From the IMG/VR virus record IMGVR_UViG_3300007538_000001: DNA of 32,540 bases; one strand, written 5' to 3'. The position numbers and the translations under genes were made by a program. This document shows, piece after piece, positions 25,565 through 32,540 of this stretch. The notes below the pieces were generated by a model. The model was not told the DNA's origin. It saw nothing but the letters and a program-made list of their open reading frames with translations, and made no database searches. The stretch comes from an uncultured virus (IMG/VR IMGVR_UViG_3300007538_000001). Taxonomy: Duplodnaviria; Heunggongvirae; Uroviricota; Caudoviricetes; Crassvirales. Position 1 is the stretch's first letter. Each line of letters begins with the position of its first letter.

Positions 25565-26257
25565 ATGGCAGATTTTAATATTACAATTGGCAGAGATAGT
25601 ACGTATCAAGTCACTAAGACTAGTGAGACAAGCACTGAGTGCGCTACAATATACACTTATACAGTAGAGGCTCTAGCGGCTGAATCAATAACAATTACAT
25701 TAACTGGTAATTATGATAATGCTACATACACATCTAATGGAGTTACTAATCCTTTAGTTTCGCCACAAGTTGTTGCTTTTAGTGCTTCATTAACATTTTC
25801 TTTCTCAATAGAGAATTCTGGTAAGCCAGGTGTATTTTATAGTACTGACGTTAATGTAGTTAATACTACTACGGTAGAACCTATTGACGCATTTAATTTT
25901 ACAGTAGAAAGAGCTAATGACGGAGCTAAGTGCGCGTCAGAAACATTGACTTATGATGAGTTAACAGATACTCCAGATAATAAAGTAGGGCAATCACTAA
26001 AACTAGTGAGAGTTTCTTTAGATGAAACTAAACATGAGTATGTAGATCCTGGTACATTAGGAAATGATCTAAATTATACCCATGTCCAAGCATCTAGTAC
26101 TTCTTGGGCTATACCACATAATCTAGGAAAAATTCCTTCAGTCACAGTAATAGATGGATATGGAAACAGAGTTCACGGAGATGTGGATTACGTTGACCTA
26201 AACAATCTAACAATAAAGTTTAACACAGCATTTGCTGGAACAGCCTATTTAAATTAA
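25565..26257 (+). CDS. Putative virion structural/fibre protein with C-terminal HNLG domain
   Basis: Beta-rich; ends YTHVQ...W.IPHNLGKIPSVTVID...FAGTAYLN. Confidence 0.7.
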   Translation: MADFNITIGRDSTYQVTKTSETSTECATIYTYTVEALAAESITITLTGNYDNATYTSNGVTNPLVSPQVVAFSASLTFSFSIENSGKPGVFYSTDVNVVNTTTVEPIDAFNFTVERANDGAKCASETLTYDELTDTPDNKVGQSLKLVRVSLDETKHEYVDPGTLGNDLNYTHVQASSTSWAIPHNLGKIPSVTVIDGYGNRVHGDVDYVDLNNLTIKFNTAFAGTAYLN

Positions 26258-27168
26258 TGGAAATATTTGGTACAGATATAGATTTAAATGGAAATGAGCT
26301 TAAGAAGCTTAGGGCAGAAAATATGTTAGCATTACCGACAGCTACATCTAACGACGTTGGGAGAATTATAATGCATATTGGTTTAAATAAGTTTTATGGA
26401 TATAATGGATTTAATTGGGTTCCAATAGAAAGTTCTGTACAAACTTCTACTCAAATAGTAGACAACAGAACATCTTTTACTGGGATAAGCCCTCAGCATA
26501 CATTTAAACCTTTATTTGACGGAAGTGGTTTAGAATCTAAAAATGTAAGTATATCTGACACATTTATATTAAGAAGCACGTCGATAGGCAATGTAACTTC
26601 TTCTGTTAAAGGGAAAAGCTTACCAGGATATTCTTTAGATCTCGCAGGCGGAAACACACATTTTGCTTCTCTTTATGAAGATAACGTCATGTATGTTTCT
26701 TCTTACAATGATTTTATGTTTACTTTCAATATAGAATTTATCAAAGAGCACGAAAGAAACTTTATAGGATTAAGCTCAAGTAATGCTGCATGGTCGCAAG
26801 GAGACCCAAGCTCTAAAACAAATATTATTGGTTTGGGTTACGACGAAGGTGATACTAATTTTCATATAATTTTAAATAACAACTCTGGGTCTGCGACAAA
26901 AATAGACACTGGCCTTGTCGTGTTAAATGGAGGAAATATTAGAGGTTATATTTATCAAGTAAACAACGTAGTGTATTACGATATTATTCAACAAAAAGAT
27001 TTTACAAATCAAGATCTAATATTTAGTGGCAATAATACTGGTTTAAATAAACCTGGAGTAAATAACTCATTATCGGTAGGATTAGGTTTTAGAATATATA
27101 CAGACAGGATTACTTCTGGAACAGAAGGAGCAACAATTTTGAAATACATGAATCTTACTAAAATATAA
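26257..27168 (+). CDS. Putative fibre/lectin-like structural protein
   Basis: N-terminal DIDLNGNEL shared with 27572; beta-sandwich-like C-terminus. Confidence 0.65.
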   Translation: MEIFGTDIDLNGNELKKLRAENMLALPTATSNDVGRIIMHIGLNKFYGYNGFNWVPIESSVQTSTQIVDNRTSFTGISPQHTFKPLFDGSGLESKNVSISDTFILRSTSIGNVTSSVKGKSLPGYSLDLAGGNTHFASLYEDNVMYVSSYNDFMFTFNIEFIKEHERNFIGLSSSNAAWSQGDPSSKTNIIGLGYDEGDTNFHIILNNNSGSATKIDTGLVVLNGGNIRGYIYQVNNVVYYDIIQQKDFTNQDLIFSGNNTGLNKPGVNNSLSVGLGFRIYTDRITSGTEGATILKYMNLTKI

Positions 27169-27183
27169 ATAGAATATAAATAA

Positions 27184-27528
27184 ATGGAAATATTTAATAA
27201 AGATGTAACGGTATTAGGTGATTTGACAATCAACCCTGTTAATGGTGCTGGAGATATTCTAGTTAAAGACGGGACTAATGTAATAAAATACAGAACTGTT
27301 GCTGAACTTTTCAACGACATGTCTGTGGTAAATGATAAAAATTATGTACATGACCAAGCGTCTCCATCTGCTGTTTGGAATATTACGCATAATTTAGGAA
27401 AAAATGCAGCACCAATTGTAGTTGATTCAGCAGGCACGGTAGTTGTTGGGCAAATAGATTATATTGATGAAAATAATATTACATTAACTTTTAATGGAGC
27501 ATTCTCGGGATATGCTTATTTCAATTAA
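27184..27528 (+). CDS. Small structural protein with HNLG domain
   Basis: C-terminal 60 aa paralogous to 25565-26257. Confidence 0.7.
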   Translation: MEIFNKDVTVLGDLTINPVNGAGDILVKDGTNVIKYRTVAELFNDMSVVNDKNYVHDQASPSAVWNITHNLGKNAAPIVVDSAGTVVVGQIDYIDENNITLTFNGAFSGYAYFN

Positions 27529-27571
27529 AAAAAACAATAATTAAAACAAACAATAATTAAAACAAAAAGAT

Positions 27572-28993
27572 ATGGCTTTTATTAAATATTTAGTGGATAT
27601 TGATTTAAATAAAAATCAATTAACACAAGCGGCTCTGCAAAATTTAGTTACTGCCCCAGGCTCTCCCGCAACAGGACAAATATACTGGGATACAGTTTTA
27701 GATACTGCAAGAGTTTGGGATGGTTCAGCGTGGTTGGACTTGGGTTCTGACGGTATAACAAACTTAGGATATACAGCTTCTCCAACAGACGGAACAGTAT
27801 CATCTGATACAGGAACAGACGCGACAATTCCTGCTGGTAGTGGAACAAATGCAAGTTTAATGCTACCTGGTGATAAAACAAAACTTGATGGCATAGAGTC
27901 TGGTGCTAATGTCACAGATGCAGCAAATGTAGATGCAGCAGGAGCTGTAATGAATTCAGATACCACAACTGCATCAATGAGTTTTGTTATTGATGAAGAT
28001 GCGATGACATCTAACTCAGCAACTAAAGTTCCAACACAACAAAGTGTTAAGGCTTATGTAGACGCTGAGGTTGGAGCAGTAGTTCCTAACTCGCCTACAG
28101 CATTAAGTACAGGTACTGTTACCAACACGACTTACGGTATTAATTCCGATGGGTCTAATAATGATGTTATATTAGCAGCAGCAACTACATCTGCATCTGG
28201 TGTAATGACTGGAACTGACAAAACTAAGCTTAATAGCATAGAGACAGGAGCAGACGTTACTGACGCTACTAATGTTAATGCTGCTGGAGCAGTGATGGAA
28301 TCTGATATTTCCGCTACTCCTTCTGGTAGAATTATAGATGATAACACAATGGGTACTGCATCTCAAACAACTTTAGCTACATCAGCCTCTATTAAGGCTT
28401 ATGTAGATAGTGTAGTTGCAGGCGGTATGATTTATAAAGGTGGTTATGACGCAGCTACCAATTCACCATTATTAGACAGTACTCCAATAACAACAGCAAT
28501 AGGTGATACATATACTGTAACAGCAGCAGGTACATTCTTTACTGAAGATGTTCAAGTTGGTGATTTACTTGTGTCTCAAGTAGCGAATGCAGCTAGTTTA
28601 TCAGATTGGACTATTGTTAACAAAAATATTCCAGATATAGTTTCTGCTTCTGAAACAGAACAAGGTATTGTTGAGATTGCAACTCAAGGTGAAGTTGATA
28701 CTGGTACTGATACAACAAGAGTAGTAACGCCAGCAACATTAAAAGGAACTCTTGGTGTAACAGGTAGTTTAAGCACTACTTTAAAATACACATCTTTGAT
28801 AGGAGATGGCACACTCACAACAATAGCAGTAACTCATAATATTGGAGAAGAACATGTACAAACTCAAATTTTTGATGCTACTACTGGAGATTTAGTTATT
28901 TGCGAAGTTGAAAATACTTCTGTTAACACAACAACATTTAAGTTTAATACTGCTCCGGCATTGAATTCATTAAGGGTGGTAATAATAGGATAA
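27572..28993 (+). CDS. Fibre-like protein with internal repeats
   Basis: DKTKL..IE.GA.VTDA.NV.AAGAVM.SD twice, S.KAYVD twice, ASETEQGIVEIAT fibre repeat, C-terminal HNIG domain. Confidence 0.8.
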   Translation: MAFIKYLVDIDLNKNQLTQAALQNLVTAPGSPATGQIYWDTVLDTARVWDGSAWLDLGSDGITNLGYTASPTDGTVSSDTGTDATIPAGSGTNASLMLPGDKTKLDGIESGANVTDAANVDAAGAVMNSDTTTASMSFVIDEDAMTSNSATKVPTQQSVKAYVDAEVGAVVPNSPTALSTGTVTNTTYGINSDGSNNDVILAAATTSASGVMTGTDKTKLNSIETGADVTDATNVNAAGAVMESDISATPSGRIIDDNTMGTASQTTLATSASIKAYVDSVVAGGMIYKGGYDAATNSPLLDSTPITTAIGDTYTVTAAGTFFTEDVQVGDLLVSQVANAASLSDWTIVNKNIPDIVSASETEQGIVEIATQGEVDTGTDTTRVVTPATLKGTLGVTGSLSTTLKYTSLIGDGTLTTIAVTHNIGEEHVQTQIFDATTGDLVICEVENTSVNTTTFKFNTAPALNSLRVVIIG

Positions 28994-28999
28994 TAAGAT

Positions 29000-31900
29000 A
29001 TGTCTGAAATAATTTCTAAGTCAAATATAACAATAGACGGTGTCATAACCGCAAATAGTCTAATAACATCTGGAGGAACAAGCTCTCAATTTGTAAAAGG
29101 AGATGGAACATTAGACCCGTCAACTTACCTCTTAAATATTACAGGAGAGTCATTATCAAGTTTATCAGATGTTACTATAACTACGATAGCAGCAGGAGAG
29201 CTTTTAAAGTGGGATGGTTTGGGTTGGATCAACAACACTTTAGCTGAAGCTGGGATAATGTCTTCTGCTCAGCAACTAGCAGTAACTAAAGCAGCAGTAA
29301 CAAACCAATTTTTAACTTCTTATAATGCCACTACGGGCTTATTTACCTCGAAACAAGTTGCTTATTCGGGGTTAAGTGGAATACCAAGTACTTTTACACC
29401 GTCTCCTCATACCTTAGACTCACATTCAAATGTGACTATAACATCTAATACAAGTGGGGAACTGTTGAAATGGAATGGCTCAGCTTGGATTAATAATACA
29501 CTTGCAGAAGCAGGAATATCTGCTGTTGGTCATACACACGTAATCTCGGACATAACTGACTTTACAGATAATTCTTCAAATTGGGATACAGCGTACGGCT
29601 GGGGTAACCATGCTGCAGAACCATATAGACAATATAGATCAAGAACAATAACAGGGGTTTCTTTTGACCCTGTTGATACCTATCAATATTATGAAATAGG
29701 AAGGTTTGTATTTGGAAGTCTGCAAGGCGTTATTACTTTTGATTTATTATTCAGTGGTAGCGGTTTAGGAGCAGCATATCGTTATAGCGTTCCAGTTACA
29801 TACGCAATGGATTATGTAATTAGGTATGGAATAACTGCAATTCCGTCAAATACCTGGGTTGTTTGGACGCCAGACTTCGACACTCCAAGGCATTATGTTA
29901 GTAATTCGGATGACGTTCAACTACAACTAAGAGTCATAGGCAATACAGTAGAGTTTAGAGTTGTTGTTACAACACCATCTGGCACCTCTGGCAGCACAGG
30001 AACTATATTTGCAAATATTACTCACTCAAATGAGTTTGTAGGAGGTACTTATACAGAGCTGACAGGAACGGGAACAGACGCTACGGCATATACTGTGATC
30101 CCTAGCCTGGCTTCTCCCTCTTATGGTGTATCTCGTTTTTCTGGAGAAATTTACAGCAGAGGAAATATAATTTCTGCTGGAACAGTTACAGCAACAGGTG
30201 GAAACTCAACACAATGGAATACAGCATACGGATGGGGAAATCACGCTTCAGCAGGATACTTAACATCTGAAACAAATACTTTTCTAGGAGACGGCGGTAG
30301 TGCTACTACACACCCGGGTACAAGTAGGGTAATATTTACAGGACAAGTAAGTGCAGGATCAGCAGCACAGGGGATGCCAACCATAGACAATTCAAACGCT
30401 ATCCTAAACATTAATAGACATCCCGGAGAGTATAACAGCCAGTTAGGGTTTAGTTCTAACGGAAGTATGTATTATAGAAGCTTCAGTGCAACCGCTATAA
30501 ATAGTACACAAGCTTGGAGACAAGTTTGGGATTCTGGGAACCTTACTAACAACTCTACCAACTGGAACACTGCTTTTGGATGGGGAGATCACGCAGGACT
30601 ATATGCTCCAATATCTCATAGCTTAGATTCTCATAATAACGTGACTATTACATCTAATACTAGTGGTGAACTTCTGAAATGGAACGGTTCAGCTTGGATA
30701 AACAATACGCTTGCAGAGGCAGGGATAATGTCCTCTACTAAACAGTTAGCAGTAACTAAGGCTCTAATAACTAATCAAGTTCTAAACTCTTATAATGCTA
30801 CTACGGGAGTTTTTACCTCTATACAACCTACATTTGCTAGTTTAGCTTCTAAGCCAACAACTATTGCAGGTTATGGGATTACAGATTTTAACTCTTTAGG
30901 TGATGCTAGATGGTTAGGAATAAGTGCTACAGCTGCTAATTCAACATTATTTAATTCGTTAAATAGTGGTCAATTTCTAAGAAGTGATGTAGCTGATACA
31001 AAAACTAGTGGAGATTTAACATTTAATGATAGTATTAAATTACAACTTGGTACTGATAATGATTTTAAAATGTTCCATGATGGAGCAGATGCTAGGGCTC
31101 AATGGATTACTGGGGATTTAGTATTCCAAGATAATCTTACAACTAGATTTACGTTTGAAAGAACTACTGGTAACTTTACAAACAAAGGAACAATAACATC
31201 ACAAGGAGTAGGAGATAGTACATTTAGAGGTAGTTTGTTGGTAGGGACAGGAGAACCTTCTCCTGCTTGTGCATTTCATGTTGTTGATGAAGTTAATTTA
31301 CTAGGAGGTGTTACAGGTGATTCACAAGAGTTTAGAAGACTTCAGTATAGAGGTGGGTCAGGTGGTAATGATATAAAAATAAGTGAATACGCTTTAAGAG
31401 ATGCTACTGGAACTTCATGGACCACATCTAGGTATCACAACTCAATTGGTATTGATAATGTTTTTAAAACCCCAGGAGTTGATACTAAAGTATTTTGGGA
31501 ACGTGATCCCCATAGTGGTTTTCACTATTTTGGTAATGCAGCTAACTATGTCTTGACAGTAGATGGTGTAGGAAATAATGTAGGTATTGGTACAACTTCT
31601 CCCTCATATAGACTAGATGTAACAGGTGATGGTAGATTTACTAGTAGTTTAGCGGCAAATTCTTTCATAAAGAGAGGAGGAACAGCATCACAATTTTTAA
31701 AAGCTGATGGAAGTGTAGATACAAATACTTACGTAATATCATTACCTTCTACTAGTTTTGCTACGTTATCACTAAATATGACTGATATAAGTTCAGGATT
31801 AATAGAGTATAAGAAAATAAATGGAAGATTAATACTTAGTGGAGGATTCACGGTAACATCAACAGGTTTAATAAATGTAGGTACATTACCAGTAGGTTTT

Positions 31901-32050
31901 AGACCAAGTAGATTTAGGACATTGGTTGTAATCAATGGAGGTTCTGCTGGTCAGTTATCAATTCAAACAGACGGTTCTATAACGGCTGATATTGACTCAA
32001 TAACAGAATATAATATTGATATTGAAATAACACTAGATATTGAAGATTAA
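29000..32050 (+). CDS. Long tail/head fibre (receptor-binding) protein, mosaic
   Basis: GELLKW.G..WINNTLAEAGI x3, W.TA(Y/F)GWG.HA x3, KPTTIAGYGITD, QFLRSD, NVGIGTTSPSYRLDV, C-terminal TLPVGFRP. Confidence 0.85.
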   Translation: MSEIISKSNITIDGVITANSLITSGGTSSQFVKGDGTLDPSTYLLNITGESLSSLSDVTITTIAAGELLKWDGLGWINNTLAEAGIMSSAQQLAVTKAAVTNQFLTSYNATTGLFTSKQVAYSGLSGIPSTFTPSPHTLDSHSNVTITSNTSGELLKWNGSAWINNTLAEAGISAVGHTHVISDITDFTDNSSNWDTAYGWGNHAAEPYRQYRSRTITGVSFDPVDTYQYYEIGRFVFGSLQGVITFDLLFSGSGLGAAYRYSVPVTYAMDYVIRYGITAIPSNTWVVWTPDFDTPRHYVSNSDDVQLQLRVIGNTVEFRVVVTTPSGTSGSTGTIFANITHSNEFVGGTYTELTGTGTDATAYTVIPSLASPSYGVSRFSGEIYSRGNIISAGTVTATGGNSTQWNTAYGWGNHASAGYLTSETNTFLGDGGSATTHPGTSRVIFTGQVSAGSAAQGMPTIDNSNAILNINRHPGEYNSQLGFSSNGSMYYRSFSATAINSTQAWRQVWDSGNLTNNSTNWNTAFGWGDHAGLYAPISHSLDSHNNVTITSNTSGELLKWNGSAWINNTLAEAGIMSSTKQLAVTKALITNQVLNSYNATTGVFTSIQPTFASLASKPTTIAGYGITDFNSLGDARWLGISATAANSTLFNSLNSGQFLRSDVADTKTSGDLTFNDSIKLQLGTDNDFKMFHDGADARAQWITGDLVFQDNLTTRFTFERTTGNFTNKGTITSQGVGDSTFRGSLLVGTGEPSPACAFHVVDEVNLLGGVTGDSQEFRRLQYRGGSGGNDIKISEYALRDATGTSWTTSRYHNSIGIDNVFKTPGVDTKVFWERDPHSGFHYFGNAANYVLTVDGVGNNVGIGTTSPSYRLDVTGDGRFTSSLAANSFIKRGGTASQFLKADGSVDTNTYVISLPSTSFATLSLNMTDISSGLIEYKKINGRLILSGGFTVTSTGLINVGTLPVGFRPSRFRTLVVINGGSAGQLSIQTDGSITADIDSITEYNIDIEITLDIED

Positions 32051-32132
32051 TCTTATACAGTATAGCTATAATATGAATAATTAAATAATCACTATTTAAT
32101 ATATATTTACAGAGTCAAACACGATATTTTTT

Positions 32133-32540
32133 ATGAAATCACAAATTTTTCTAATGCAAACAATGACTAAGAAGAAGTTTATTACTCTGTCTTCTGTGTC
32201 GCTTATTATAACCACTTTATTAAATATGAGAGAGATTCTATTAGCTCTTGCTATTATCATTATCGTTGACATGCTTACTGGCATTAGAAAAAGTTTATTT
32301 TTAAAAAAAGTAAAATCAAGTATATTAAAGAAAGAATTTTGGCATGCAATTAATTCATCAGGCCTAAGAGCCACATGGAGAAAAACTTACGAATACGCAA
32401 TTGGAATAATAGTATTTATTGTTTTAGATAGTTTAGTTTTAAAATCATCGAGCATTATGATGATGGGAGCTGAATATACATTATCAGAGATTGCAGTAGC
32501 CGCAGCTTGTATAGTTGAAATTTATAGTATATATGAAAAT
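32133..32540 (+). CDS. Holin-like membrane protein (phage holin 4-type), partial
   Basis: Manual: ...LAIIIIVDMLTGIRKS...INSSGLRATWRK...VEIYSIYEN. Confidence 0.75.
   Translation, partial: MKSQIFLMQTMTKKKFITLSSVSLIITTLLNMREILLALAIIIIVDMLTGIRKSLFLKKVKSSILKKEFWHAINSSGLRATWRKTYEYAIGIIVFIVLDSLVLKSSSIMMMGAEYTLSEIAVAAACIVEIYSIYEN

Noticed and set aside
29000..32050. Diversity-generating retroelement or invertible shufflon in the fibre gene
   Set aside because: Repeats are in-frame direct duplications with mainly synonymous, non-adenine-specific differences; no reverse transcriptase or recombinase in the window.
1843..32374. Antisense/shadow ORFs (e.g. 1843, 2253, 6909, 16040, 20564, 23556, 27616, 32096)
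   Set aside because: They lie opposite or inside better-supported genes or RNA elements and have no protein-like motifs.
1..32540. Stop-codon reassignment, as in some crAss-like phages
   Set aside because: Long genes are intact in code 11; TAG ends terL and other genes; no suppressor tRNA seen.

Overview
AT-rich dsDNA phage segment with crAss-like (Crassvirales-type) architecture, standard genetic code, and a probable Bacteroidota (likely Flavobacteriia) host, inferred from TTTG-N20-TAnnTTTG promoters and A-rich leaders without Shine-Dalgarno sites. Two gene arms diverge at about 10.93-11.0 kb, at a poly-A/G-tract junction that may be the joined genome ends. The left arm (minus strand, probably early) carries a partial SF2 helicase, a stand-alone DnaA domain-IV protein, many small ORFs and four copies of a phage-specific upstream motif. 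It also holds an unusually dense set of non-coding structured elements: a tRNA-Ile(GAT) with an ~82-nt structured insertion in its D-loop, a 51-nt D-arm-less tRNA-His-like RNA, a degenerate tRNA, and about eight 65-205-nt elements each closed by a terminal stem. The right arm (plus strand) carries an HNH endonuclease, small ORFs, GroEL, a GroES-like protein, an IHF/HU-like protein, two tRNAs flanking two related hairpins, terminase large subunit, portal, a ~7-kb fibre/decoration cassette and a holin start. The best candidate for an undescribed system is the early-region repertoire of tRNA mimics and small structured RNAs; the second is a C-terminal RRKL-type tag shared by many small proteins. 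All folds and family calls were made by eye, without searches.
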